DNA of 58,918 nt, filler included, from a bacterium UBP13_UBA5359 (GCA_002410925.1; 5 parts of 5 records of this genome joined end to end with filler, not necessarily neighbours in it); one strand, 5' to 3'; shown: positions 1-9,701, counted from the first letter of the whole stretch. Notes: generated by a model not told the origin, from the letters alone. Translations and numbers: made by a program.

Positions 1-23
1 TTATCAGCGCTATTGAAGAATAA
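1..23 (+). CDS. tuf: probable 3' end of elongation factor Tu (partial)
   Basis: Reads (V)ISAIEE-stop immediately upstream of rpsJ, which matches the EF-Tu C-terminus and the usual tuf-rpsJ order; only 7 codons are visible. Confidence 0.5.
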
Positions 24-73
24 TGCCTCTGCCGGCTAAGCCGGAAAGGATACCTGAATCAAGGGAGTAAGAG

Positions 74-382
74 ATGGCAAAGCAGAAGATAAGAATACGT
101 CTTAAAGCGTATGATCACAAATTGCTCGATCAGTCGGCCAAAACTATAGTTGATACGGCAAAAAGAACGGGGGCGTCAGTGGCAGGGCCTGTGCCGCTGC
201 CGACAGAGAAGAACGTATACTGCGTTTTACGTTCGCCGCATGTCGATAAGGAATCCCGCGAGCACTTTGAAATGAGGATTCACAAGCGATTGATCGACAT
301 CTTGAGCCCGGCAGCTAAAACGGTTGATGCTTTGATGCGGTTGGATTTGCCGGCCGGTGTGGATATAGAGATTAAGCTCTGA
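74..382 (+). CDS. rpsJ: 30S ribosomal protein S10
   Basis: [11 protein letters not shown]...GPVPLPT...[15 protein letters not shown]. Confidence 0.99.
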   Translation: MAKQKIRIRLKAYDHKLLDQSAKTIVDTAKRTGASVAGPVPLPTEKNVYCVLRSPHVDKESREHFEMRIHKRLIDILSPAAKTVDALMRLDLPAGVDIEIKL

Positions 383-383
383 G

Positions 384-563
384 TCATTGCTTGGGCAGAG
401 AGGCGGTAGGGTTCAATGCCCGAAAGTTCAGGGTTCAAAGGTTGCCAGGCATGATGACCGGAGCGTTATCCTGAAAGGGTTAAGCTTTTCATCGACGTAG
501 CTTTTGAACTATGAGCGTTAATTCGGGACGTGGCCGATGTTATCCGCCTTCGGCCTGATATGA
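384..563 (+). ncRNA. rod-like structured intergenic RNA element (unassigned)
   Basis: Nested arms paired by eye: 391-396/553-558, 401-408/541-549, 419-424/522-527, 426-445/497-516, 453-457/489-493, 460-464/484-488; many G-U pairs. Confidence 0.6.
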
Positions 564-575
564 GAGGTTAAGATT

Positions 576-1199
576 ATGGCAATCGGAATTATAGGGAAAA
601 AATTGGGCATGACCCAGATTTTTAATAGTGACGGCAGGATTGTTCCGGTAACCGTTATTGAAGCGGGGCCATGTAAGGTGGTCCAGGTGAAAAACCGGGA
701 TAAGGACGGTTATTCGGCTATACAGCTTGGCTTTGGAGCAGCAAAGGAGCATAAAGTAATAAAGCCTTTGAAGGGGCATTATGCTAAGGTGAATCTGAAG
801 CCTATGCGTTATCTCAAAGAGTTCAGGCTGAAAGATGCATCATCCTATGAGAGTGGACAGGATATTACTCCATCCATTTTTAACGAGGGTGAGAAAGTCA
901 GTGTCACCGGTATCTCCAAAGGTAAAGGATTTGCCGGTAGCATAAAGCGCCATCACTTCAGGAGCGGGCCTACCAGCCATGGCTCCATGCACCATCGTAA
1001 GCCGGCCTCGGCTGGTGCTACAGACGCAGCGAGAGTCTTCAAGGGAAAGCGTAGTCCGGGACGTATGGGCGGCGATCAGGTAACGGTTAAAGGGCTGAAA
1101 GTAGTAAGAGCCGATGCAGAGCGTAATCTGTTACTGATAAAGGGTGCCGTCCCAGGACCGACGGGCGGATTGGTCGTAATCCGTAAAGCAAGTGAGTAG
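576..1199 (+). CDS. rplC: 50S ribosomal protein L3
   Basis: [26 protein letters not shown]. Confidence 0.99.
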   Translation: MAIGIIGKKLGMTQIFNSDGRIVPVTVIEAGPCKVVQVKNRDKDGYSAIQLGFGAAKEHKVIKPLKGHYAKVNLKPMRYLKEFRLKDASSYESGQDITPSIFNEGEKVSVTGISKGKGFAGSIKRHHFRSGPTSHGSMHHRKPASAGATDAARVFKGKRSPGRMGGDQVTVKGLKVVRADAERNLLLIKGAVPGPTGGLVVIRKASE

Positions 1200-1216
1200 T
1201 TTAGGAGGAAGCCGTT

Positions 1217-1843
1217 ATGCCTCAGGTTTCTGTATATGATATAAAAGGCGAAGTAGTCGGCACCAGAGATCTCAATGATGCGGTGTTTGGAGCGGAAGTG
1301 AATCGTAATGCTGTTCATAGCTCCGTTATCCGGCAGCTGGCAGGAAGACGCATCGGTAATGCCGATACCAAAACAAGAGGAGAAGTCAGTGGCGGCGGCA
1401 AGAAGCCGTGGCGCCAGAAAGGAACCGGAAGAGCGAGACATGGAAGCACCAGGTCTCCCATATGGACCGGTGGCGGTACTGTTTTTGGGCCACATCCTCG
1501 TTCCTATGCCAGGGGATTGCCCAAGAAAGTCCGGCGCTTGGCTTTGGTGTCAGCTCTCTCTGATAAGGCAAGCAAAGACGCTATAAAAATCATGGATGGG
1601 CTGGCTGTTGATAAGCCGAAGACAAGTACTATGGCGGCATTGATGGGTAAATTTGATGTAAGCGGCAATATACTGTTGGTGCTTGACGGGCGTGATGTCA
1701 ATATAGAGAAATCCGTTGCCAATATTCCTTGGGTAAAGTCCATTCTGGTTGATAATCTAAACGTCTTTGATATTCTGAACAGCGAATTATTGCTATTAAC
1801 CAAAGAGGCCGCCGACAGGCTGGAGGAGGCGTACGTATTATGA
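1217..1843 (+). CDS. rplD: 50S ribosomal protein L4
   Basis: [27 protein letters not shown]. Confidence 0.99.
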   Translation: MPQVSVYDIKGEVVGTRDLNDAVFGAEVNRNAVHSSVIRQLAGRRIGNADTKTRGEVSGGGKKPWRQKGTGRARHGSTRSPIWTGGGTVFGPHPRSYARGLPKKVRRLALVSALSDKASKDAIKIMDGLAVDKPKTSTMAALMGKFDVSGNILLVLDGRDVNIEKSVANIPWVKSILVDNLNVFDILNSELLLLTKEAADRLEEAYVL

Positions 1844-2127
1844 GGTCAGCCAGAGATATAATTATCAGGCCTATCGTGTCGGAAAAGAGTATGCGCGAGG
1901 CCGAAATTGGAAAATATATATTTGAAGTAGATAAAACGGCCAATAAAATAGAGATCAAGCAGGCCGTTGAAGAGATCTTTAAAGTCAAGGTTAAGAGCGT
2001 CAATACTATGACTATACCTGGCAAAATGAAGAGAGTCCGTTTTCAGGCCGGCAAGACGCCGGATTGGAAAAAGGCTGTTGTTACGCTGGTGAAAGGTCAT
2101 AAGATAGAGCTGTTTGAAGGCGCTTGA
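1840..2127 (+). CDS. rplW: 50S ribosomal protein L23
   Basis: [29 protein letters not shown]. Confidence 0.98.
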   Translation: MRSARDIIIRPIVSEKSMREAEIGKYIFEVDKTANKIEIKQAVEEIFKVKVKSVNTMTIPGKMKRVRFQAGKTPDWKKAVVTLVKGHKIELFEGA

Positions 2128-2141
2128 AAGGAGTTTAAGCG

Positions 2142-2966
2142 ATGGCCGTTAAGAAGTTCAAACCGACATCTCCCGGCAGAAGGTTCATGGTAGCGCCGGC
2201 TTATGATGATATTACGGTGGCCAATCCGGAGAAGTCGTTGACGGCTCCACTGAAGAAAACCGGCGGCAGAAATGCTCAAGGCAGGGTAACTGCAAGGCAC
2301 CGTGGGGGAGGCAATAAGCGCCTTTATCGTATAATTGATTTTAAGCGTGATAAGCAGGGCATACCTGCCAGGGTCGCTACGATTGAGTATGACCCGAACC
2401 GATCGGCTAGAATAGCGCTGCTCAATTATGCCGATGGTGAGAAGAGATATATCGTAGCGCCGCAGGGATTAAAGGTAGGAGCTACGGTTATTTCAGGCAC
2501 CGGCGTAGACATAAGCCCCGGAAACAGTATGCCGTTGAGATACATACCTTCCGGTAGCTTCATCCATAATATTGAGTTAAAGCCCGGACGCGGCGGGCAG
2601 ATAGTGCGTTCGGCCGGTGGATCAGCGCAGCTTCTGGCTAAAGAGGGGAATTATGCTCACCTTAGATTGCCGTCCGGTGAAGTACGCTTGGTACATCTTG
2701 ATTGTATGGCTACCGTAGGCCAGATAGGCAATATGGAGCATAGCCTGATATCGCACGGTAAAGCCGGTAAGAAGCGCTGGCTCGGGTCACGGCCTGCAGT
2801 GCGTGGCGTAGTGATGAATCCTAATGATCACCCGCATGGCGGCGGTGAAGGCAAGGCACCTATCGGGCGTAAAAGCCCTGTGTCGCCCTGGGGTAAGCCG
2901 ACACTGGGTTATAAAACCCGCAAAAGGAAGCCCAGTGACAGTATGATTGTCAGAAAGCGTAAATAA
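2142..2966 (+). CDS. rplB: 50S ribosomal protein L2
   Basis: [31 protein letters not shown]. Confidence 0.99.
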   Translation: MAVKKFKPTSPGRRFMVAPAYDDITVANPEKSLTAPLKKTGGRNAQGRVTARHRGGGNKRLYRIIDFKRDKQGIPARVATIEYDPNRSARIALLNYADGEKRYIVAPQGLKVGATVISGTGVDISPGNSMPLRYIPSGSFIHNIELKPGRGGQIVRSAGGSAQLLAKEGNYAHLRLPSGEVRLVHLDCMATVGQIGNMEHSLISHGKAGKKRWLGSRPAVRGVVMNPNDHPHGGGEGKAPIGRKSPVSPWGKPTLGYKTRKRKPSDSMIVRKRK

Positions 2967-2978
2967 GGAGGCAGGGCT

Positions 2979-3263
2979 TTGAGTAGATCCTTGAAAAAGG
3001 GCCCTTATGTTGAAGAGAGCCTGATGAAAAAGATTGAAGAGATGAATACCAAGAATGAGAAGCGCCTTGTGAAGACCTGGTCGCGCCGTTCGACCGTATT
3101 CCCGCAGATGATTGGCCATACCATAGCCATTCATGATGGGCGAAAGCATGTGCCGATCTATATCTCCGATAATATGGTCGGTCATAAGCTGGGTGAATTT
3201 GTGCCGACACGCTTCTTCAGAGGTCATGGATCTCATACAGAGCGTTCAACGTCTTTGAAATAA
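2979..3263 (+). CDS. rpsS: 30S ribosomal protein S19 (TTG start)
   Basis: [30 protein letters not shown] upstream of the TTG. Confidence 0.99.
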   Translation: MSRSLKKGPYVEESLMKKIEEMNTKNEKRLVKTWSRRSTVFPQMIGHTIAIHDGRKHVPIYISDNMVGHKLGEFVPTRFFRGHGSHTERSTSLK

Positions 3264-3293
3264 CCGGCAGCATCTGCTTGCGAGCGGATGTCT

Positions 3294-3314
3294 GCTTGTA
3301 GCTTGCGGCTTGCG
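3294..3314 (+). repeat. heptamer tandem repeat GCTTGTA-GCTTGCG-GCTTGCG in the rpsS-rplV spacer
   Basis: Directly visible 7-nt periodicity. Confidence 0.6.
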
Positions 3315-3396
3315 ACTCACTCCGGATATGCGATCCGTGCTTAAGAGGGGTGATAAACGCTGACATCAAGTTTGAGTAAATGTGGAGGTAAGCGTT

Positions 3397-3729
3397 ATGG
3401 AGGCAAAGGCCAGCGCAAAATATGTGCGGATAGCTCCTAGAAAGGTCCGTTTTGTTATGGAACTTATCAGGGGGAAACGTGTTGATGATGCTATAAATAT
3501 TTTAAAATTCACGCCTAATATGGCTGCTAAGGCTATTGAAAAGGTAGTGCGATCGGCTGCTGCCAATGCCGAACATAATATGGCTGCTGATCGCGAACGT
3601 CTTTCGGTAAGTCGAGCCTTTGTCGATGAAGGTCCGACCATGAAGCGTTTCCTGCCCAGAGCGCACGGCAGAGCCAACAGAATAAGAAAGCGCACTAGCC
3701 ATATTACGGTGGTAGTGAGCGATAAATAA
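3397..3729 (+). CDS. rplV: 50S ribosomal protein L22
   Basis: [38 protein letters not shown] 3397 follows GGAGGT. Confidence 0.98.
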   Translation: MEAKASAKYVRIAPRKVRFVMELIRGKRVDDAINILKFTPNMAAKAIEKVVRSAAANAEHNMAADRERLSVSRAFVDEGPTMKRFLPRAHGRANRIRKRTSHITVVVSDK

Positions 3730-3848
3730 TCGGATAATGGCGGATGCGAATTGCAGCTATAGTATGAACTGAAGGCAAATAATGCAAATGTGGAGCATTA
3801 GTGAGAGACAAGCACCCGGGTTCCGCATTTGAAATGGAGGAAACGGAT

Positions 3849-4544
3849 TTGGGACAGAAGGTACACCCTTACGGGTTACGGCTGGGAATTATAAAGGGCT
3901 GGAAGAGCAAGTGGTTCGATAAGCGTAACTACACGGAGAATCTGCATGAGGATTTAAATCTGAGGAAATATATCAAGGAACGTCTCTATAATGCTGGTAT
4001 TGCTGATATATTGATCGAGCGCCCGGGTAATAAGCTTAGGATAACCATAATTGCGGCTAAGCCTGGTATGATAATCGGGCGTGGAGGCAAGGGTGTCGAT
4101 GATCTCAGGCTGGCGCTTGAGAAGCAGATAGGCAAGCCCGTTTCGCTTAATATTGAAGAGATAAAGAAGGCGGATCTCGATGCTCAATTGGTAGCTGAGA
4201 GCATTGCCGCACAGCTGGAAAAACGAACATCCTTCAGACGTGCTATGAAACAGGCTGTTTCAAGGGCCATGAAGATGGGAGCTAAGGGTGTAAAAGTGGG
4301 ATGTAGTGGTCGTTTGGGTGGTGCGGAAATGTCCCGCAGCGAGAGCTATAAAGAAGGTAAGATACCGCTGCATACTCTGCGCGCCGATATTGATTACGGT
4401 AACACAGAGGCAGTTACCACTTATGGTCAGATAGGAGTCAAGGTTTGGATATATAAGGGCGAGGTGCTGCCTGAATTGAAGAAGCCTGCAGGTCAGGTCG
4501 TCTCGGAACAGGTTCCGGCGGCTGTTTCTACCGGAAAGGAGTAA
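3849..4544 (+). CDS. rpsC: 30S ribosomal protein S3 (TTG start)
   Basis: [34 protein letters not shown] 3849 follows GGAGG, so the ORF-track upstream extension is not used. Confidence 0.98.
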   Translation: MGQKVHPYGLRLGIIKGWKSKWFDKRNYTENLHEDLNLRKYIKERLYNAGIADILIERPGNKLRITIIAAKPGMIIGRGGKGVDDLRLALEKQIGKPVSLNIEEIKKADLDAQLVAESIAAQLEKRTSFRRAMKQAVSRAMKMGAKGVKVGCSGRLGGAEMSRSESYKEGKIPLHTLRADIDYGNTEAVTTYGQIGVKVWIYKGEVLPELKKPAGQVVSEQVPAAVSTGKE

Positions 4545-4550
4545 GCGGTT

Positions 4551-4985
4551 ATGTTGATGCCCAAAAGAGTAAAGCATCGTAAGGTGCACCGCGGCAATAT
4601 GAGAGGCGATGCCAGGGGCGGGTTTGAAGTAGCCTTTGGTGATTATGGGATTAAGGCCCTTGAGCCTGGCTGGGTTACAAGCCAACAGATAGAGGCCGCA
4701 CGTATTGCAATCAACCGATATGTAAGGCGTGGTGGAAAGGTCTGGATAAGGATATTCCCAGATAAATCGGTAACGGCCAAGCCAGCTGAAACCCGTATGG
4801 GCAGCGGCAAGGGGGCGCCTGAATATTGGGTAGCCGTAGTAAGGCCCGGGCGCATACTCTTCGAAATATCCGGTGTGGAGCATGATACCGCCAAGGAAGC
4901 GATGCGCCTGGCATCGCACAAGCTTCCCATAAAGACGAAGTTTGTAGCCCGAGAAGAGATGGGTGGTGGTGTTAATGAAGCGTAG
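4551..4985 (+). CDS. rplP: 50S ribosomal protein L16
   Basis: [26 protein letters not shown]. Confidence 0.99.
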   Translation: MLMPKRVKHRKVHRGNMRGDARGGFEVAFGDYGIKALEPGWVTSQQIEAARIAINRYVRRGGKVWIRIFPDKSVTAKPAETRMGSGKGAPEYWVAVVRPGRILFEISGVEHDTAKEAMRLASHKLPIKTKFVAREEMGGGVNEA

Positions 4986-5169
4986 TCAATTTAAAAATCA
5001 GCTAAAGGATATGAATTTGCAGGAGTTGGCTCTTAAATTGGCTGAGGCCAAGGAAGAGCTCTTTAACCTCCGCTTCAAAAGAGCAACCGGTAATCTTGAG
5101 AATCCTTCACGTATGCGAATGGTGAAGAAGGAGATTGCCAGAATAATGACCGTAATGGCGGAAAAGTAA
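4975..5169 (+). CDS. rpmC: 50S ribosomal protein L29
   Basis: KEELFNLRF...LENP...[12 protein letters not shown] at 4975. Confidence 0.97.
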   Translation: MKRSQFKNQLKDMNLQELALKLAEAKEELFNLRFKRATGNLENPSRMRMVKKEIARIMTVMAEK

Positions 5170-5242
5170 GATACCGGTTAGAATTAATGCTTGGAACATA
5201 CGGCAGTGACGGGTGTTCCGATACGATCAGGGGGATATTGGA

Positions 5243-5500
5243 ATGGAAAAGCGTGCGTTACGCAAAGTAAGAGAAGGTGTGGTAGTGAGTGATAAGATGG
5301 ATAAGACCATCACAGTAGCTGTTGAAACGCGCGTTCAGCACCCTCTCTACAAAAAATTCATTCGTAAAACTACGAAGTTTAAGGCGCATGATGAAGAGAA
5401 TCAGGCTCGCAATGGTGATGTTGTTCGCCTAATGGAAACCAGACCGTTAAGTAAGAACAAGAGATGGCGGTTGGTTCAGATTCTCAAGAAAGCAGAGTGA
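5243..5500 (+). CDS. rpsQ: 30S ribosomal protein S17
   Basis: [31 protein letters not shown]. Confidence 0.98.
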   Translation: MEKRALRKVREGVVVSDKMDKTITVAVETRVQHPLYKKFIRKTTKFKAHDEENQARNGDVVRLMETRPLSKNKRWRLVQILKKAE

Positions 5501-5512
5501 CGGAGGCAGGCA

Positions 5513-5884
5513 ATGATACAATCACAGAGCAGGTTAAAGGTTGCAGATAACTCTGGCGCACGAGTATTGATGTGTATACGGGTTCTAAAGGGTTCAGGCG
5601 CTCGTTATGCCGGAGTGGGCGATATAATTGTCGGAGTGGTAAAGCAAGCCATACCTAATGCCCCCGTAAAGAAGGGTGAAGTAGTCAAAGCTGTTGTGGT
5701 GCGTACCAATAAGGTTACCAAGCGTTCCGATGGTTCCTCCATACGATTTGATGATAATGCCGCGGTTATAATTAATGAGCAGAAGAACCCTCGTGGCACT
5801 CGTATCTTTGGGCCGGTAGCCAGAGAGCTCAGAGAAACGGGAGATTTCTCCAAGATTATATCTCTGGCACCTGAAGTTCTTTAA
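5513..5884 (+). CDS. rplN: 50S ribosomal protein L14
   Basis: [33 protein letters not shown]. Confidence 0.99.
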   Translation: MIQSQSRLKVADNSGARVLMCIRVLKGSGARYAGVGDIIVGVVKQAIPNAPVKKGEVVKAVVVRTNKVTKRSDGSSIRFDDNAAVIINEQKNPRGTRIFGPVARELRETGDFSKIISLAPEVL

Positions 5885-5886
5885 AA

Positions 5887-5977
5887 GGTGTAAGGGCAGT
5901 AGCTGTTTAGGCTGTTAGGAAAATAGTTTCGGTTCGATAATCCGTTAACGCCGCTAAACTGCTAAATGCCTACAGCC
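5887..5977 (+). ncRNA. rod-like hairpin with roughly 8-nt periodic arms in the rplN-rplX spacer
   Basis: TAGCTGTTTAG 5900-5910 pairs with CTAAACTGCTA 5954-5964; outer TGTA/TACA and GGCA/TGCC; inner GTTAG/TTAAC. Confidence 0.5.
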
Positions 5978-6005
5978 CGGAAAGCTGAAAAAAGAGGTGT
6001 AGAGA

Positions 6006-6338
6006 TTGGGCACAAATAACAAAGTGCATGTAAAGAAAGGCGACATGGTTGCAATCCTGGCAGGTAAAGATAAGGGTAAGCAGGGTAAAGTTACGCGTGT
6101 TCTGCCAAAGACCGGTAGAGTCATTGTCGAAGGTGTTAACCTGGTAAAGAAGCACCTCAAGGCCGGACCTAAAATACGCCAGGCCGGAATAGTTTCTCAG
6201 GAGGCGCCGTTGCATAGCAGCAATGTAATGCTGATATGCTCGAAATGCGGTGCTCCGTCAAGAGTCGGCTTTGCTGTAACCGATGACAAAAAAGCAAGAG
6301 TTTGCAGAAAGTGCGGCGAGATAGCCGATAAGGTCTGA
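6006..6338 (+). CDS. rplX: 50S ribosomal protein L24 (TTG start; CxxC..CxxC C-terminus)
   Basis: [20 protein letters not shown] motif, EAPLHSSNV. Confidence 0.98.
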   Translation: MGTNNKVHVKKGDMVAILAGKDKGKQGKVTRVLPKTGRVIVEGVNLVKKHLKAGPKIRQAGIVSQEAPLHSSNVMLICSKCGAPSRVGFAVTDDKKARVCRKCGEIADKV

Positions 6339-6364
6339 GCAGGCGGATATGCGGGGAGGAAGAT

Positions 6365-6907
6365 ATGTCTAGATTAAAAGATAAGCATTCAAAGGAAATC
6401 ATACCTGCCATGATGGAACAATTCGGATTTAAAAATGTCATGCAGGTTCCAAAGGTAACAAAGATAGTTGTCAATATGGGTGTTGGTGACGCTATTCTGG
6501 ATCCCAAGCTTCTCGATGCGGCTGTGAATGATCTGGCGCTTATAACCGGGCAGCGGCCGTTGGTTACCAAAGCCAAGAAATCCATTGCCAGTTTTAAAAT
6601 TCGTGAGGGCATGTCTATTGGCTGTAAAGTGACGCTGCGCGGCGAAACCATGTATAGCTTTCTTGATAAATTAATAAACGCAGTTTTACCACGCGTGCGC
6701 GATTTTAGCGGGGTTTCTCCCAAGTCATTTGACGGCAGAGGGAATTATGCTCTCGGCCTGAAGGAGCAATTGATATTCCCTGAGATAGATTATGACAAGG
6801 TAGTCAAAATAAGGGGAATGGATATAATTATCGTTACCAGTAGTGATAATGATGACCAAGCTCGAGCATTGCTTGCAAAGATGGGTATGCCTTTCAAGGA
6901 AAGCTGA
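6365..6907 (+). CDS. rplE: 50S ribosomal protein L5
   Basis: [31 protein letters not shown]. Confidence 0.99.
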   Translation: MSRLKDKHSKEIIPAMMEQFGFKNVMQVPKVTKIVVNMGVGDAILDPKLLDAAVNDLALITGQRPLVTKAKKSIASFKIREGMSIGCKVTLRGETMYSFLDKLINAVLPRVRDFSGVSPKSFDGRGNYALGLKEQLIFPEIDYDKVVKIRGMDIIIVTSSDNDDQARALLAKMGMPFKES

Positions 6908-6920
6908 GGAGGGGATTACA

Positions 6921-8990
6921 ACGGAACGCTTTGATATCGATCATCTGAGAAATATTGCTGTTGTCGGCCATAGTGGATGCGGTAAAACAACTTTGGTGGA
7001 AGCGTTGTTATACAGCTTCGGAATGGTCGATAGATTAGGCAAGGTGGACGAGGGCAGTACAGCTTCCGATTATGATCCGGAAGAGGTAAAGCGTCGCATC
7101 TCGATTAATACCACGATAGAGCCTGTTATCTGGAATGGCCGGAAGGCCAATATTCTTGATACTCCGGGGTATGCAGATTTTATTGGTGAAGTAAAGAGTG
7201 CTCTTCGTGTAGTGGAAGGCGCGTTGGTTACAGTTTGTGCTGTTTCAGGCGTTGAGGTAGGCACTGAAAATGTCTGGTCGCTGTCAGCTGATAGAGGGAT
7301 GGCCAGAGCCTTCTTCGTTAATAAAATGGATCGTGAAAATGCGAATTTTACCGAAACCCTTTCCCAGCTCAAGGATGGATTTGGCAATAATGTCGTGCCG
7401 CTGCAGCTGCCGATTGGATCGGAGCAAGATTTTAAAGGTATTGTAGATCTGCTGCAGATGAAGGCAATTCTGTACACCGATGAAAAGAATTATACTATTA
7501 CGGATATTCCTTCTGAGCTGATGGAAGAGGCAACAGCCAATAGGGAGAAAGTGATAGAGCTGGCTACGGAAGGTGATGATGACCTTCTGATGAAGTATCT
7601 GGAGGGCGAGGCTCTAACCGCTGATGAAGTTATTTACGGGATGAAGCGTGCTATCAGCGCTGGAAATGTATTTCCGGTTTTCTGCGGGTCAGCTGCAACG
7701 GGTGTAGGTATTCGGTCACTGATGGAAGCGCTGATTGAGTGGATGCCCGCACCGCTGGCCGCGGTTACAGGGGCTGATCCTAAAACCGGCGATGCAGTTG
7801 AAATGAATGCTGATAAGCTGGCGGCGCTGGTATATAAAACTATGGCTGACCCTTATGTCGGTAAGCTCACATATTTTAGAGTCTTTACCGGTATATTGAA
7901 ATCCGATTCTCATGTTTATAATCCTCTTCATGAACATGCCGATGAGCGCGTAGGCCAGGTGTTTTACACCATCGGCAAGAAGCAAGAGGCTACAGATGGC
8001 GTGGGCGCCGGTGATTTCGGAGCGGTAGCAAAGCTGCAGGTAACGGCAACCGGTAATACACTATGTGATAAGGATAAGCAAATCGTAATTCCGGGCATAA
8101 GCTTTCCGAGTCCCATAATGTCTGCCGCTGTTTATCCCAAGACAAAAGGCGATGAAGATAAGCTCGGGGCAGCTCTGCAGCGTATGGTAGATGAAGATCC
8201 TACGCTACATGTTCGGCGAGATACGGAGACAGGGGAAACGTTGCTCTCCGGCATGGGTGAAACACATATTGATATAGCCGTTGATCGTTTAAAACGTAAG
8301 TTCGGCGTTGATGTGGCAGTAGCTGTGCCGAAGATACCGTATCGTGAAACGGTAACTGCACAGGCCAAATCGGAATATAAGCACAAGAAACAATCCGGTG
8401 GACGCGGACAATATGGACATTGTGTTATAGAGATCGAGCCTTTGCCGCGTGGCGAAGGGTTTGAGTTTGTTGATAAGATATTTGGCGGTGCTGTACCCAG
8501 GCAGTATATTCCTGCAGTGGAGAAGGGTGTGCGTGAGGCTATGCAGGAAGGCATACTGGCTGGATATAATGTTGTGGATGTCAGGGTGACGCTGGTCGAC
8601 GGATCCTTTCATCCGGTTGATTCATCGGAGATGGCTTTTAAGATTGCCGGTTCTATGGCCTTCAAAAAAGGGTTTGCCGATGCCGGGCCTGTTCTGCTGG
8701 AGCCGGTCATGAGTGTTGAAGTAAATGTGCCGGATGCCAATACCGGTGATACGATCAGCGATCTGAATACCAAGCGAGGCCGCATACTCGGTATGGAACC
8801 GCAAGGTAGCGGCCGTACTGTAGTAAAGGCTATAGTGCCTCTGGCTGAAATGCAAAGATATGGAATTGACTTGACCTCAATAACACAGGGACGCGGTGCT
8901 TTTACCATGAAGGAGTCGCATTTCGAAGAGGTACCGGCGCATACGGCCGAGCGAATCATTGCTGAAGCCGCAAAAGAGAAGAAGGAATAG
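6921..8990 (+). CDS. elongation factor G paralog (EF-G II type); probable non-canonical ACG start
   Basis: RNIAVVGHSGCGKTT (G1), RRISI (switch I), DTPGYADF (G3), NKMD (G4), YRETV, KKQSGGRGQYG, DGSFHPVDSSEMAF, LLEPVM; start placed at ACG 6921, 8 nt after GGAGG 6908-6912. Confidence 0.95.
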   Translation, partial: TERFDIDHLRNIAVVGHSGCGKTTLVEALLYSFGMVDRLGKVDEGSTASDYDPEEVKRRISINTTIEPVIWNGRKANILDTPGYADFIGEVKSALRVVEGALVTVCAVSGVEVGTENVWSLSADRGMARAFFVNKMDRENANFTETLSQLKDGFGNNVVPLQLPIGSEQDFKGIVDLLQMKAILYTDEKNYTITDIPSELMEEATANREKVIELATEGDDDLLMKYLEGEALTADEVIYGMKRAISAGNVFPVFCGSAATGVGIRSLMEALIEWMPAPLAAVTGADPKTGDAVEMNADKLAALVYKTMADPYVGKLTYFRVFTGILKSDSHVYNPLHEHADERVGQVFYTIGKKQEATDGVGAGDFGAVAKLQVTATGNTLCDKDKQIVIPGISFPSPIMSAAVYPKTKGDEDKLGAALQRMVDEDPTLHVRRDTETGETLLSGMGETHIDIAVDRLKRKFGVDVAVAVPKIPYRETVTAQAKSEYKHKKQSGGRGQYGHCVIEIEPLPRGEGFEFVDKIFGGAVPRQYIPAVEKGVREAMQEGILAGYNVVDVRVTLVDGSFHPVDSSEMAFKIAGSMAFKKGFADAGPVLLEPVMSVEVNVPDANTGDTISDLNTKRGRILGMEPQGSGRTVVKAIVPLAEMQRYGIDLTSITQGRGAFTMKESHFEEVPAHTAERIIAEAAKEKKE

Positions 8991-9022
8991 TTGTTTAGGG
9001 GAGGGGCGTTCAGAAGGTTGAT

Positions 9023-9043
9023 CCCCTAACTCCTGACTTCTGA
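9023..9043 (+). repeat. heptamer repeats CCCCTAA-CTCCTGA-CTTCTGA with complementary heptamers upstream
   Basis: TTAGGGG 8995-9001 and TCAGAAG 9010-9016 are exact reverse complements of two of the units. Confidence 0.6.
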
Positions 9044-9060
9044 TAAGATGGAGGTAAGAA

Positions 9061-9246
9061 GTGGCTAAGAAGAGTCTGATAAATAAGGCGAATATGCAGC
9101 CGAAGTTTTCTGTAAGGCAACACAGCCGCTGCCGCATATGCGGGCGACCGCGTGGTTTTATGCGTAGGTTCGGTATGTGCCGGATCTGTTTCAGAACGCT
9201 GTCACATCGCGGCATGATACCCGGTATTACCAAGTCAAGCTGGTAA
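9061..9246 (+). CDS. rpsN: 30S ribosomal protein S14, zinc-binding short form (GTG start)
   Basis: 61 aa, RCRICGRPR...MCRICFR...PGITKSSW. Confidence 0.98.
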   Translation: MAKKSLINKANMQPKFSVRQHSRCRICGRPRGFMRRFGMCRICFRTLSHRGMIPGITKSSW

Positions 9247-9292
9247 CCGTAAGATTATGTAATAGTGCAAGTGTGAGTGGAGGGTGATAATT

Positions 9293-9685
9293 GTGACCGA
9301 TCCTATAGCTGATATGCTGACAAGGATACGTAATGCCAGCAGGGCCAATCATGATGTTGTAGAGGTTCCTGCATCAAAGATAAAGATGGCGCTTGCGGAT
9401 ATATTGAAGGAAGAGGGATTCATTAGTCGTTTTGAGGTCAGCAAGCGTAAGCCTCAAGATGTTATTAGAATTCACCTGAAATACGGACCCAAGCGTGAGG
9501 CCGTTATAACCGGTATTACCAGGGTTAGCAAGCCCGGTATAAGGGTATATGCCCGTCATACAGAGATACCTAAAGTTCTTAATGGACTTGGAGTGGCTGT
9601 TTTGTCTACCTCCAAGGGTATTCTTACCGACAAAGCTGCCAGAGCAGCCGGTGTCGGCGGCGAAGTTCTTTGTTATGTCTGGTAG
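9293..9685 (+). CDS. rpsH: 30S ribosomal protein S8 (GTG start; 9284 is an alternative)
   Basis: [31 protein letters not shown]. Confidence 0.98.
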   Translation: MTDPIADMLTRIRNASRANHDVVEVPASKIKMALADILKEEGFISRFEVSKRKPQDVIRIHLKYGPKREAVITGITRVSKPGIRVYARHTEIPKVLNGLGVAVLSTSKGILTDKAARAAGVGGEVLCYVW

Positions 9686-9701
9686 AATGGAGGTATGACC
9701 G

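Noticed and set aside
6843-6920. ORF-track N-terminal extension of the EF-G paralog
   Set aside because: It overlaps rplE out of frame, has no SD and does not resemble EF-G; the SD at 6908 points to a later start
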